NCBI GenBank assembly: GCA_964016885.1
Contig: OZ024740.1
Location: 237,770,001 to 237,834,000, forward strand
Direction of reading: 5' to 3'
Length of the DNA: 64,000 nucleotides
Source of the DNA: Eledone cirrhosa
Lineage: Eukaryota
In this document: positions 24,135 to 36,531 of the stretch, piece by piece
Layout: each line of letters opens with the position of its first letter
Numbering within the stretch: the stretch's first letter is position 1
Program-made: the position numbers and the translations under genes
The notes under the pieces: model-generated
Databases searched by the model: none
What the model was told of the DNA's origin: nothing
The model's input: the letters and a program-made list of their open reading frames with translations, nothing else

Positions 24135-27100
24135 CATCATCATCATTATCATCATCATTTAACGTCTATCTTCCATACTGGCATGCGTTTAGACGGGAAT
24201 TGCCCCACTTGAGGCAAGATTGGTCGTCTCGCTTGTATGCGACTGTCTGGCAGGTTTTTACCGTGTTAGCTACACTGCCACATTACAGCGTGGACTGTGT
24301 GTTTTTTTGTCGTGACACCTACACGACCTCATTTGTTTAGGACTGGATGTTGTGGTACCAACATAACTTTACAGAGAAAGGGGTGGTGTTGAAAGGGGTG
24401 GTGTTGATGGGGGTGGAGGAGTTGGGATAGTGGGAGGGGGTGTATATTTGATTAAGAGGTGCCTACTGACTAGGTTTCACTTTGCACTTAGGCAAGGCGA
24501 GTTTTCTGTATTACTGCATGGCGCCAAAGATCTCGGTCTAGTGACATTGTCTTAGAGAGGCGTAAGTGTATAAGGTCAGAATTTATCAAATCATCCCAGG
24601 TTCTTCTGGGTCTGTCTACTCAGTAACTTCCGTCAATTTTGATCGCCCTGCACTTTTTTATACAGCTGTCGTCTTTCATGCGCATCACATGGCCATACCA
24701 ACGTAGTCTTCTCTCGAGTAAACAACATCTGATCCCTCTTATACCTAATTTCTCATTTAGTTCATTTATGCTTTGCTGTTCACAAATATTACTATTACAT
24801 ATCCAGCGGAGCATGCAAGCTTCGTTCCTCTCCAGTCTGTGCAGGTCCTCTGCACACGATGCCCATGTCTCACTGCCATGTAACATAGCTGTTTGTATGC
24901 AGGCATCATACAGTCTGCCTTTCATTTTTAGAGAGAAACCTTTAGTGGCCAACAGTGGTATAAGCTCTCTGAACTGTTTCCATCCTGTTCTGACTCTAGC
25001 TACTGTACTTTCAGAGCACCCTCCCCCACTGCTGATTTTGTCACCCAGGTAACGGAAGGTGTCCACTATTTCTATAGAGCCATCTGGGCAATAGAAGGAG
25101 CTAGTATCCTGTGGGCGCTTGTTACTTATTGCACCTGAGCACAGCCCACATGTAAAATCTACGTTCTTAGATAGCTTACCTGTGATCCCACTACATCTTT
25201 TATGCACCCATACTTTGCATTTGGGACATAAAATGGAATTTCTGCCTACTCCTTTCCTACACACTGAGCATGGCCATTTCCCAGAGGGGACCTGTGCCTA
25301 TTTTCCCTCCTACATCCTAGAACTTTAGTCTTAGACAAGTTAACTTTAAGGCCTTTTGATTCTAGGCCATGCTTCCATGTTTGGAATTTCTTCTCTAGTT
25401 CAGCCATCAATTCAACTATGAGTGTTAGATCGTCTGCATAGAGAAGTTCCCGTGGGCAGCCGGTCTTGAACTCCTCATTTATGGTCTGAGGGGCAATAAT
25501 AAATAGGAGGGGGTTAAGGAGAGAGCTCTGATGGACACCAACTTTTATGCTAAATTCTTCACTATATTCGTTGTTAATTCTGACCTTGCTGACTGTTTCT
25601 TTATACATGGCTTGTATAGCTCTCACAAGCCATTCATCTACACCTAGTTTTCTAAGAGCCCACCAGATAATGGAGTGGGGGACTCTGTCAAAGGCTTTCT
25701 CCAAGTCAACAAAAGCTAAGTAGAGGGCTTTACCTTTAGCTAGGTACTTCTCCTGTAGTTGTCGTACAAAGAAAAGGGCGTCTGTGGTACTTTTACCTGA
25801 CACAAATCCAAACTGCATTTCGTCTAGATCAATTTTCTCTCTTATTAGTTGCGCTATAACTTTTTGTGTGACCTTCATGACCTGGTCAATTAATTTAATG
25901 CCTCTATAGTTTCCTCTATCTAGTGCATCTACTTTACCCTTGTAGCAGTTAATGATGATGCTGCTATGCCAGTCATTTGGTATGACCCCGTTCTGTATGA
26001 CTTGGTTTACTATCCGTGTGACCATAGTGTGTCCCACCGCTCCAGATGCTTTCAGCATTTCAGCAACTATCTCATCTCCGAAGGCCCAGCTGCCTTGTCT
26101 GTCTTCATATCTTTGATTGCCTTACTTATTATACTACCTTCAACTTGCACTGCTGGTCCCTCTATTGGATCGATGTGGGGCAGACTATCTTTGTCCCATT
26201 TATGCTCCTCATTTAGTGGCCTCTCGTAGTGACACTTCCAAGCTACCTTCTTATCAGCATCAGTGATGGCAAGTACACCATCATCATTACGGACACACTT
26301 CTCCCCGACAATATCACGGTTTTCCTTGACACATTGCCTAGCAATCCTGAACACCTCACATTTTTGGTCCTCGCATTGTAGAACATGTTTGAACTTTCTT
26401 CCCTCTGCTTCCCTTCTTGCAAAGTACACTTGTCTCCTAGCTTCCCTCCTGGCCACTTGATAGTCTTCTCTACTTCCCCATCTCACCATACTTTCCAAGC
26501 CTGCTTTTTGGCCTTGATTGACTCCTCCACCTTACTGTTCCACCACCAAGTTACTCTCCTCCTGCCTATAGGTCTGCTCCAGCCACAGATTTCATCTATC
26601 GCCTTCAGCAGGTTATTCTTCTCCTTGGGTAGTCTTCCTCTGTTGTCGAGTACGTCTCGTCCTGACTATGAGGTCGCTAACTATGAGGCTATGTTGGCAG
26701 GTGCATTCTTCATGGGGGATGGATTTAGTGTTTGCAACAGACACTCTGTCACGTCTTCTGGTAAGGATATAATCTATCTGACTGGCGTGTTCCCCTGATC
26801 TATAAGTGATCAAGTGATTGTCTCGTTTTTAGAAGTTTGTGTTACAGATAGTTAGGTTATTTGCATCACAGAATTCCAGGATTCTGGAGCCTAACTCATT
26901 TCTAGTACCAAACACATAGCCTCCATGGATTCCGTCATAGCTGTCACAATATTGTCCAATATGACCATTTAGGTCGCCAGCAATAATTATGTAGTCACTG
27001 TCAGTTATTTGGGAGGTAGTGAACATTAGCGACTCATAGAATCTGTCTTTTATAACGCCAGGCAGTCTGGATTGGGGTGCATATGCGGATATTATTGTCA

Positions 27101-27240
27101 CAGTAGTTCTATTTAAGAAAGTCTTATTTTAATTATTCTGTCGTTCACTCTAATTATGTCTATTATCTTATCTACCCATTTTTCTGCTAGCATGATTCTT
27201 ACCCACCCAGCCCATTGTCATTTCCCACCCAGAAATTTTA
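24135..27240 (-). mobile_element. RTE LINE family A, long decayed copy (APE, RT, PHD-like finger, 3' UTR)
   Basis: ORFs 26829-27101, 26067-26498, 25246-26058 (AFVDLEKAFD, YADD) and 24620-25264; collinear with the 33560-36529 ORF, with frameshifts and an internal deletion near 26610. Confidence 0.93.
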
Positions 27241-27374
27241 TAGCTAGATTCATTGTTGGTAAAAATGATGTGTATGTATTGATATATGTCTATATATATA
27301 TAGGTACATATGATATTGTATGAATATGTGTATGTATATAAATGACTGTGTGTGTACGTCTATGCATATACTTG

Positions 27375-27745
27375 GCGAGGCAATAAAGTCTTTAGAATAA
27401 CCCTTTAAATGAAAATGCAGAACATAATGAAACTAAAATTTGTTTATTCTACAAAACATAATCTCCATTGAATGCAATAAAATCTTTATAGTGCTTATGC
27501 AAATCATCTAACACTTTCTGGAACCGTTCCTTTTGTAATTGTCAAAACCAGCACAACGATTCATCTATCACCTCTTCTAATGAAGCAAAAACAAATTTTC
27601 AAAGATGTTGCTTTAATAACCTGAACACCCAACAATCACACAAATTTAACTCGGGACTATAAGGTGATTGTTTGATCATTGCCACTCTTCTCCTCTGGAA
27701 AAAATCTTTTGTGGATTGAGCTGTTCAAGAATGAAAACAAAATAA
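27375..27745 (-). mobile_element. Tc1/mariner transposase relic (C-terminal)
   Basis: Minus-strand translation near 27620-27670 gives SPYSPELNLCDCWVF, similar to the mariner YSPDLAP.D motif. Confidence 0.6.
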
Positions 27746-27787
27746 TTATGCATAGGCCTGTGACAAAATACAGCATTCATACATAAT

Positions 27788-27958
27788 TGTTTCTACTTTA
27801 GGCACAAGGCCAGCAAGTGCATTACTGGTACTTTATTTTATCGACCCCGTAAGGATGAAAGGCAAAGTCAACCTCGGCGGGATTTGAACTCAGATCGTAA
27901 AGGGACGTAACTATGCTGGAAAGCATGGCGTCCGACCCTCTACCGATACTGCCAATCC
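27788..27958 (-). mobile_element. SINE family A, full-length copy with 18-bp TSD
   Basis: tggcagtatcggtagag (A box-like), gagttcaaatccc (B box), ctttgcctttcatccttacggggtcgataaaataaagtacc core; flanked by acagcattcatacataat at 27770-27787 and 27959-27976. Confidence 0.88.
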
Positions 27959-28292
27959 ACAGCATTCATACATAATATTACATAATATTAACAAAATTCA
28001 TAATATTAACAAAATTCAAATTCCACCTAATATTAACTACATGTGCTGCTATAAAGACTTTATTGCCATGCCAAGTATATATGTCTGTGATAGGTGCACA
28101 TATCTGTGTACATTTTTACATGCATGTACCTTTGATCAGCAGAGGCTGCCTTGCTCTATATTAATACTTTCTTGTCATCTTAATATTTACACTATCAACA
28201 TCATTATCATCATTATCATTTTTATTTTTATTTTATTTCTATATTTACAATCACTATTACTAGTATTGCTATTATCTTTACTACTACATTTA

Positions 28293-28948
28293 GGGCGGTG
28301 AATGGGCAGTATCGTTAGAGCATTAAACACCTTGCTTTGCAGCATAGAGTTATGACCCTTTACATTCTGAGTTCAAATCCTGCGAGGTTAGCTTTGCTTT
28401 TCATCCTTACAGGGTTGATAAAATAAATCACCAGTAACACACTGGGGTCGATTTCGTCAACTTTCCCCTCCCACCTAAATTGCTGGCCTTGTGCCTATAG
28501 TAGAATCATAAAATAAAGTACCAGTAATGCACTGGGTAATTGCTGGCCTTGTGCCTAACGTAGAAACAATTATTACTTGGCAGTATCGGTAGAGGGTCGG
28601 ACGCCATGCTTTTGCAGCATAGAGTTATGGGCCTTTACGATCTGAGTTCAAATCCCGCCGAGGTTAACTTTGCCTTTCATCCTTACGGGGTTGATTAAAT
28701 AAAGTACCAGTAATGCACTGGGATAATTGCTGGCCTTGTGCCAAAAGTAGAAACAGTTATTACTACTACCATCAATGTTATAGTTTTATTTTCCTCTCAT
28801 TATGGTCATCACTAATGTTATCATTGTCATCTCTTTATCGTTGTCGTTTTTCTGAGTTAAAATCCCGCTGAGGGGTTGATAAAATAAAGTACCAGTAATG
28901 CATTGGGGTAATTGCTGGCCTTGTGCCAAAAGTAGAAACAATTATTAC
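28293..28948 (+). mobile_element. Cluster of three SINE family A copies (28293-28572, 28577-28760, 28852-28948)
   Basis: Repeated gagttcaaatcc...ctttcatccttacgggg...aagtaccagtaatgcactggg...gtagaaaca. Confidence 0.85.
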
Positions 28949-29062
28949 TATACATTTCTGCATTATCCCATAGATTGTTGATTCTACTCCTACCATACTA
29001 TGAGTATTAATTATTATTAACTTTTCTTTCATAATTTTCCATATATATTCTAATGTTAATTC

Positions 29063-29551
29063 TTGACAAAGAAGGGTTTCTCCCTGCGTATGAAAGGACA
29101 GTTATATGATGCCTGTGTGAGATGCACGATGTTGCATGGTAGTGAGACATGGGCAGCAATTGCAGAAGATATGCGACGACTGGAGAGAAATGAAGCAAGT
29201 ATGCTCCGTTGGATGTTCAATGTCAATGTGCGCAAACGACCAAGCATAGACGAGTTGAGAAAGAAACTGGGTATAAGAGGGATAAGTTGTGGTGTGCAGA
29301 AGAGAAGGCTGAGATGGTACAGACATGTGATGCGCATGGAGGATGACCAATGGGTGAAAAAGTGCCAGGAAGTCCCAGTGGAGGGAAGACACAGTAGAGG
29401 TAGACCACGAAAAACATGGGCGGAGGTGATGAGAGCAGACTTCAGATCGCTGAAACTCACGGAGGAGATGACGAAGGACCGTGACGGGTGGAGAGATGCT
29501 GTGCTGAATAAGACCCATTCCACCCTTGCAAGCAGGGAAAATCGGACGTAA

Positions 29552-29585
<34 letters not shown>
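29063..29585 (+). mobile_element. RTE LINE family B, 3' fragment
   Basis: ORF 29063-29551 LHGSETW...RRLRWY...RGRPRKTW; (GAT)n tail. Confidence 0.9.
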
Positions 29586-29587
<2 letters not shown>

Positions 29588-30174
29588 ACAACGCTCAACA
29601 ATTCAATTTCTTTTAAAATCGCAACCATATAACTGCTTAATATTTTAATTCTTTATCTTTTAGCCTTATTCCGTTGTACCAAAGTGAACTCAATACAACT
29701 TATTGATCCTTAGTTCTAACTTAGCCTATTGTTAGCTAACATAGCATGATTTGAATACTTATAACCCCCCACCTCCACCCCCATAACATTATTGGTCTGA
29801 TCCGTGCTTTCTCATTCATCTTTTACTACAACCTCTACTGCACACTTACACATTCCCTCCTCTCGCTATATCTATAGTCTATTAAACTTCTAGACAGCAG
29901 AGTTGCAGTAGCTGATTGAATTAAGCAATAGAAGTCTGATTGAGAAGACTTAGTATTTGTTTCTTTATTTTTCTTCCAGTTTAGATATCCTCAGTCTACT
30001 TTACACCTCCTTTATGGTTTACTAACTAACCTATTTATTTATTTATCCATTTATTTACTTACTCTTCTCCCTCTTTTATATTTCATATTATTACTAATGT
30101 ATATGTATATCTGAATGCGTGTGTGTATGTGCATATACATATGTGTGTATGTGTATATATATATATAAATATTT

Positions 30175-30640
30175 TTATTTTCTATTCTAGGGTGGGTAAA
30201 ATTCCCAAGATCCATGGACGAGTTCTCTCCAGCGGTCTCTGTCCCTCATTATCGCTGCCATGTCCTGTGTCTCCAACAGTCCAATATCTGTCCTTATAGG
30301 GCATCAACATACGTTAACTTTGGTCTTCCTCTTCCAGTGTGTCCATGTAGGGGCTCCCACAGGAGCACTGAGTGCAATGTCAACTCTGGTTGTCGGTGAG
30401 CATGTCCAGCTAACCTCAGTCTCCTCTGTGTCACTTTTGAGCTGACTTTTGGGAGGCTCCCATACAGCTCTGAGTTTTTCATCCTCAGTGTATACTGATT
30501 AATGTTCAGAGCCATCCTCAGTATTCTCGTGTAGCACCCATTCACCATCTGAGTGAGTTTCTTGGTCAGTGTCCAAGTCTCAGACCTGTACAGCAGCACA
30601 GACTCCACTACAGCAATGAAGAGGCGGATTTTCAGGTCTT
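30175..30640 (-). mobile_element. RTE-like LINE, third family, 3' fragment
   Basis: ORF 30294-30608 ESVLLYRSETWTLT...RILRMALNI...RRLRLAGH...GRGRPKLTY. Confidence 0.8.
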
Positions 30641-30910
30641 TAAATAATTACAACAGTGACATAAACAGATATTTAAGTTTTGTTGTGATCTTAGTCACTA
30701 CCTTAAAATTCATAGCAAATGGCCTTCAAAATTATTTTAAATAAACATACAGTATATTATTAAATATACAATACGTACATTCATATATACATCGCTATTT
30801 CAGAGACCCAATACTAATCTCTAATTTATACTGGGCTGGCAACTGTTCTGTATGTTAATGAGTTTAAACAGCTCATAAACATAACTGGACTTCTATAAGA
30901 ATCCAGCTTC

Positions 30911-31017
30911 TATAACTCTCGGCAAAAAGCGAAGAGGTATGTAGTCTTGACAACCACTTACAAGTGAGAAACGGTGACCGTTGATTACTCCCCTTTGCTT
31001 TTGCCGGGACTAGTTAT
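30911..31017 (+). ncRNA. Type I hammerhead ribozyme with U3-A8 compensatory core and long extended stem I
   Basis: gtagtc(30941)-TTGACAA-c cact taca agtg a-GAA-Acgg tga ccgT-T-gattac(30988); stem I extends via ctcggcaaaaagcgaagagg / ccctttgcttttgccggg. Confidence 0.75.
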
Positions 31018-31304
31018 GTGATGTTAGTTACTACCTTAAAATTCATAGCGAATAACCTTCAAAATGTTTTAAAATAAACATACAGTATATTATTAAATAT
31101 ACAATATATACATACATGTGTGTGTGTGTTTGTGTATGTATACTTTATATATCTTTTATTTTTAGTTCATATTTTATTTTATTCTATTCTTTATAATTTA
31201 TTCTCGTTTTAACCTTTAACCTGTTAATGTCCATTATATTTCCATGTTCCACCATTCACTTCATGATCTATCTATACTGTATCATCATTACCTGTATGAT
31301 TCCC

Positions 31305-31805
31305 TTTATGATCTGAGTTCAAATCCCGCCGAGGTTAACTTTGCCTTTCATCCTTACGGGGTCGATAAAATAAAGTACCAGTAATGCACTGGGATAATTG
31401 CTGGCTTTGTGCCTAAAGTAGAAATAATTATTATTGATACTACTATTATTGTCAATGTTTTTCTAATTATTGGAATAATCATTATCATTGTTTACATCTA
31501 TAGTTTACCATGAGTAGTAATACATTTGATATATCATATATAGATACTTAATGTTTGGTATATAATATAAGTAACATTAGTATTGTTTTTAACATCACCA
31601 TCAACGTCTTCATTATTTGGATTGGCAGTATCGATAGAGAGTCAGACACAATGCTTTGAAGCATAGAGTTACGTCCCTTTATGATCTGAGTTCAAATCCC
31701 GCCGAGGTCAACTTTGCCTTTCATCCTTACGGGGTCGATAAAATAAAGTACCAGTAATGTACTGGGTAATTGCTGGCCTTGTGCCAAAAGTAGAAACAAT
31801 TATTA
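31305..31805 (+). mobile_element. Two SINE family A copies (31305-31435, 31622-31805)
   Basis: Same B box and core as other family A copies. Confidence 0.85.
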
Positions 31806-32010
31806 TAAATGGTGTTGTTATTGTTGATGTTGTTGCCATGGTAGTTGTTGTTGGCGAGCCAAAATATTCCCATGATTGCATAAGTACACTCCATGATTGA
31901 ATGAACTTCTGATGAAGTCACATGCATAACATTGTAATAGAAATATATATCATGCAATAAAGCAATCATTGTGAAGTAACCCCTTTAACTACTCTTAATA
32001 TGATATATAA

Positions 32011-32041
<31 letters not shown>

Positions 32042-32044
32042 TAT

Positions 32045-32911
32045 CATCATCATCACCTTCGTTTAACGTCCATTTTCCACTCTAGCATGGGTTAGACGGG
32101 AGTTGTCCCACTTGAGGCAAGGTTGGTCGGGTGACCGTGTCTCGCTCATATAGGACTATCTGGCAGGTTTTCTACGGCTGGATGCCCTTCTAACACCAAC
32201 CACATTTATAGTGTGCAACTGGAAACTTTTTACCGTGTTACCTACACGGGCACATTACAGCGTGGACTGTGTGTTTTTTTTATCATGACACCTACACGAT
32301 ATCGATCTCATTATCTCATTTATTTGGACTGGATGTTGTGGTACCAACTTTACAGAGAGAGGGTGGTGTTGGTGGGAGTGGGAGGATAGGGTAGGAGTAG
32401 TAGATTGGGGTGTATATTTTGTTAAGAGGTGCCTACTGACTGTAGGTTTCGCTTTGTACTTAGGCAAGGCAGGTCTTCTGTATTACTGTGTAGCGCCAAA
32501 GATCTCGGTCCAGTGACATTGTCTTGGAGAGGTGTAAGTGTGTAAGGTTGGAATTTATCAGATCGTCCCAGGTTTTTCTGGGTCTATCTACTCCGTAACT
32601 ACCATCAATTTTGATCGCCCTGCACTTTTTTATACAGCTGTCTTCTTTCATGCGCATCACGTGGCCATACCAACGTAGTCTTCTCTCGAGTAAACAGCAT
32701 CTGATCCCTCTTATTCCTAATTTCTCACTTAGTTCATTTATGCTTTGCCGTTCACGTATATTACTATTACACATCCAACGGAGCATGCAAGCTTCGTTCC
32801 TCTCCAGTCTGCGTAGATCCTCTGCACACAATGCCCATGTCTCACTGCCATGTAGCATTGCTGTTCGTATATAAGCATCATACAATCTGCCTTTCATTTT
32901 TAGAGAGAAAC

Positions 32912-32915
<4 letters not shown>
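32045..32915 (-). mobile_element. RTE LINE family A, 3' fragment between (TA)n tracts
   Basis: [14 protein letters not shown]...[13 protein letters not shown]...RPRKTW plus ~400-nt 3' UTR and (GAT)n tail. Confidence 0.92.
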
Positions 32916-32949
<34 letters not shown>

Positions 32950-32972
32950 TATACACATACATATATATATAT

Positions 32973-33055
<83 letters not shown>

Positions 33056-33095
33056 CATACATATATATATACATACATATATATATATACATACA

Positions 33096-33150
<55 letters not shown>

Positions 33151-33160
33151 ACATACATAC

Positions 33161-36100
33161 ATCATCATCATCATCATCATCAACGTTTAACGTCCGTGTT
33201 CCACGCTTGCATGGGTTTGGACGGGGGTAGTCCCACTTGAGGCAAGAGTGATTGTCTTGCTCGCATAGGACTGTCTGGCAGGTTTTCTACAGTTGGATGC
33301 CCTTCCTAACACCAACCACATTTACAGTGTGGGTCTGGGAGGTTTTTACCGTGTTGCCTACACGGCCACATTACAGCGTGGACTGTGTGTTTTTTTGTCG
33401 TGACACCTACACGATCTCATTTGTTTCGGCCTGGATGGTGTGGCACCAACACAACTTTACATAGAACGGGGTGGCGTGGATGGGGTGGGGGTGGTGGGAC
33501 GGGGGGAGGGGGTATTTTGTTAGAGATGCCTACTGGTTGTAGTAGGTTTTACTATGTATTTAGGTAAGGCGGGTCTTCTCTGTTACTGAGTACCGCCAAA
33601 GGTCTCGGTCCAGTGACATTGTCTTGGAGAGGTGTAAGTGTGTGAGGTCAGAGTTTATCAGCTCGTCCCAGGTTTTTCTAGGTCTGCCTATTCCATGGCT
33701 ACCGTCTATCTTTATTGCCCTGCACTTTGTTATACAGCTATCAAATTTCATGCGCATCACGTGTCCATACCAACGTAGCCTTCTCTCGAGTAAACAACAT
33801 CTGATCCCTCTTATTTCTAATTTTTTCCTTAGTTCGTTTATGCTTTGCCGTTCACGTATATTACTGTTACACATCCAGCGGAGCATGCAAGCTTCGTTCC
33901 TCTCTAGTCTGCGTATATCCTCTGCGCACAATGCCCAGGTCTCACTGCCATGCAACATTGCTGTTCGTATGCAGGCATCGTACAACCTGCCTTTCATTTT
34001 TAGGGAGAACCCTTTAGCGGCTAATAGTGGTATAAGCTCTCTGAACTTTTTCCAACCAGTTCTGACTCTAGCTACTGTACTTTCAGAGCACCCTCCCCCA
34101 CTGCTGATTTTATCACCCAGGTAACAGAAGCTGTCCACTATTTCTATAGAACCCTCTGCGCAATTGAAAGAGCTAGTATTTTGTGGGCACTTGCTGCTAC
34201 TTATTGCACCAGAGCACCGGCCACATGTAAAATCTATGTTCTTAGTTAGCTTACCTGTGATCCCACTACATCTTTTATGCACCCATACTTTGCATTTAGG
34301 ACATAAAATGGAGTTTCTACCTACGCCTTTCCTACACACCGAGCACGACCATTTCCTTGAAGGGACCGCCGCCTTATTTTCTTTCCTACAAACTAGAACT
34401 TTAGTCTTAGCCAGGTTAATTTTAAGGCCTTTTGATTCTAGGTCGTGCTTCCATGTTTGGAATTTCTTCTCTAGCTCGGCCATTGATTCCGCTATGAGTG
34501 TCAGGTCGTCTGCGTATAGGAGTTCCCATGGGCAGCCGGTCTTGAACTCCTCCGTTATAGCCTGAAGGGCAATAATAAATAGTAGGGGGCTGAGAACAGA
34601 GCCCTGATGGACACCAACTTTTACGCTAAACTCTTCACTATATTCGTTGTTAATTCTAACCTTGCTGACTGTTTCTTTATACATGGCTTGTATAGCTCTC
34701 ACAAGCCATTCGTCAACGCCTAGTTTTCTAAGAGCCCACCAGATAATGGAGCAGGGGACTCTGTCGAAGGCTTTCTCCAAGTTGACAAAAGCTAAGTAGA
34801 GGGGTTTACCTTTAGCTAGGTACTTCTCCTGTAGTTGTCGTACAATGAAAAGAGTTTCTGTGGTACTTTTGCCTGACACAAACCCGAACTGCATTTCATC
34901 TAGGTCAATTCTCTCTCTGATTAGTTGTGCTATTACTTTTTCCGTGACCTTCATGACCCGGTCGATTAATTTAATGCCTCTATAGTTACTCCTATCTAGG
35001 GCGTCTCCTTTACCCTTATAACAGTTAACGATGATGCTGCTATGCCAGTCCTTCGGAACAACCCCATTCTGTACGACTTGGTTAACTATGCGGGTGACCA
35101 TGGTGTGTCCCACCGTGCCAGATGCCTTCAGCATCTCAGCAACTATTTCCGAAGGCCCAGCCGCCTTACCCGTCTTCATATCCTTGATTGCCTTACTTAT
35201 CATACTCCCCTCGACTAACACTGCTGGTCCCTCTATTGGGTCGATATGGGGGAGACTGTCTTTCTCCCATTTATTCTCCTCATTTAGTAGCCTTTCATAG
35301 TGACACTTCCAAGCTACCTTCTTATCAGCGTCGGTGATGGCAAGTGTGCCATCGTCGTTTAGTACACACTTCTCCCCGACAATATCACGGTTTTCTTTGA
35401 CGCATTGCCTAGCAATCCTGAACACCTCACGTTTTTGGTCATCGCATTGTAGAACATGCTTGAACTTTCTTTCCTCAGCTTCCCTTCTTGCTAAGTACAC
35501 TTGTCTCCTAGCTTCCCTCCTGGCCACTTGATAGTCTTCTCTACTTCCCCCATCCCGCCATACTTTCCAAGCCTGCTTTTTGGCCTTAATTGACCCCTCC
35601 ACCTTACTGTTCCACCACCATGTTACTCTCCTCCTGCCTACAGGCCTGCTCCAGCCACAGACTTCGTCTGTCGCCAACAGCAGGTTTGCTTTCAGAAATT
35701 CCCACTCTCCCTCTATATTGTCCGACTCTAAAAGTTCTTCCTTACTGTCGAAAGCATCAAGTAATATGCTTTGAAATTTATTCCTGGCTGTGGGGTCCTT
35801 TAGCTTCCATATTTTTCTCCTGAGGATAGTCCTCTTCTGTTGTCGAGTACGTCTCGTCCTGACTATGAGGTCGCTAATTATCAGTCTATGTTGGGAGGTG
35901 CATTCTTCATGGGGGAGGGATTTAGTGTTTACAACAGACACTCTGTCACGTCTTCTGGTAAGGATATAATCTACCTGGCTTGTGTGTTCCCCGGATCTAT
36001 AGGTGATCAGGTGATTGTCACGTTTTTTGAAGTTAGTGTTACAGATAGTTAGGTTATTTGCATCACAGAATTCCAGGATTCTGGAGCCTTCCTCATTTCT

Positions 36101-36529
36101 AGTACCAAACCCATAGCCTCCATGGATTTCGTCGTAGCCGTCACAATGTTGTCTAACGTGACCATTTAGGTCGCCTGCAATAATTATATAGTCACTGTCG
36201 GATATTTGGTAGGTAGTTAGCATCAGTGTCTCATAGAATCTGTCTTTTATAGTGCCGGGCAGTCCGGATTGGGGTGCGTACGCAGATATTACTGTCACCG
36301 TAGTTCTATTGAGGACAAGTCGTATTTTAATTATTCTGTCGTTCACTCTATTTACGTCTATTATCTTATCTGCCCACTTTTCTGCTACCATGATTCCTAC
36401 TCCACCCAGCCCATCGTCGTTTCCCACCCAGAAAAGCTTATAACATCGTTTTTTTTTACCCTCAATGAATCTAGCAGACCCACCCCTCCACCTGGTCTCT
36501 TGAATACAACAAACATCGACCTCCTTCAT

Positions 36530-36531
<2 letters not shown>
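33161..36531 (-). mobile_element. RTE LINE family A, near full-length young copy, slightly 5'-truncated
   Basis: Uninterrupted ORF plus 3' UTR (33180-33559) and (GAT)n tail; 5' end abuts (TA)n. Confidence 0.95.
33560..36529 (-). CDS. RTE ORF: APE endonuclease, reverse transcriptase, PHD-like C4HC3 finger, C-terminal RTE domain (989 aa from the first element-derived Met)
   Basis: CIQETRW, ISAYAPQ, GDLNGHV, SQVDYIL, SQHR (APE); YRGIKL, QFGF, AFVNLEKAFD, GVHQGSVLSPLLF, YADD (RT); first 39 aa of the 1028-aa ORF come from microsatellite and flank. Confidence 0.93.
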   Translation of the reverse strand: MKEVDVCCIQETRWRGGSARFIEGKKKRCYKLFWVGNDDGLGGVGIMVAEKWADKIIDVNRVNDRIIKIRLVLNRTTVTVISAYAPQSGLPGTIKDRFYETLMLTTYQISDSDYIIIAGDLNGHVRQHCDGYDEIHGGYGFGTRNEEGSRILEFCDANNLTICNTNFKKRDNHLITYRSGEHTSQVDYILTRRRDRVSVVNTKSLPHEECTSQHRLIISDLIVRTRRTRQQKRTILRRKIWKLKDPTARNKFQSILLDAFDSKEELLESDNIEGEWEFLKANLLLATDEVCGWSRPVGRRRVTWWWNSKVEGSIKAKKQAWKVWRDGGSREDYQVARREARRQVYLARREAEERKFKHVLQCDDQKREVFRIARQCVKENRDIVGEKCVLNDDGTLAITDADKKVAWKCHYERLLNEENKWEKDSLPHIDPIEGPAVLVEGSMISKAIKDMKTGKAAGPSEIVAEMLKASGTVGHTMVTRIVNQVVQNGVVPKDWHSSIIVNCYKGKGDALDRSNYRGIKLIDRVMKVTEKVIAQLIRERIDLDEMQFGFVSGKSTTETLFIVRQLQEKYLAKGKPLYLAFVNLEKAFDRVPCSIIWWALRKLGVDEWLVRAIQAMYKETVSKVRINNEYSEEFSVKVGVHQGSVLSPLLFIIALQAITEEFKTGCPWELLYADDLTLIAESMAELEKKFQTWKHDLESKGLKINLAKTKVLVCRKENKAAVPSRKWSCSVCRKGVGRNSILCPKCKVWVHKRCSGITGKLTKNIDFTCGRCSGAISSSKCPQNTSSFNCAEGSIEIVDSFCYLGDKISSGGGCSESTVARVRTGWKKFRELIPLLAAKGFSLKMKGRLYDACIRTAMLHGSETWALCAEDIRRLERNEACMLRWMCNSNIRERQSINELRKKLEIRGIRCCLLERRLRWYGHVMRMKFDSCITKCRAIKIDGSHGIGRPRKTWDELINSDLTHLHLSKTMSLDRDLWRYSVTEKTRLT

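Noticed and set aside
31895-31962. Possible hammerhead CTGATGA...GAAATATATATC-atgcaat followed by AATAAA
   Set aside because: Stem I does not pair in register and stem II is unconvincing; at best a heavily decayed copy
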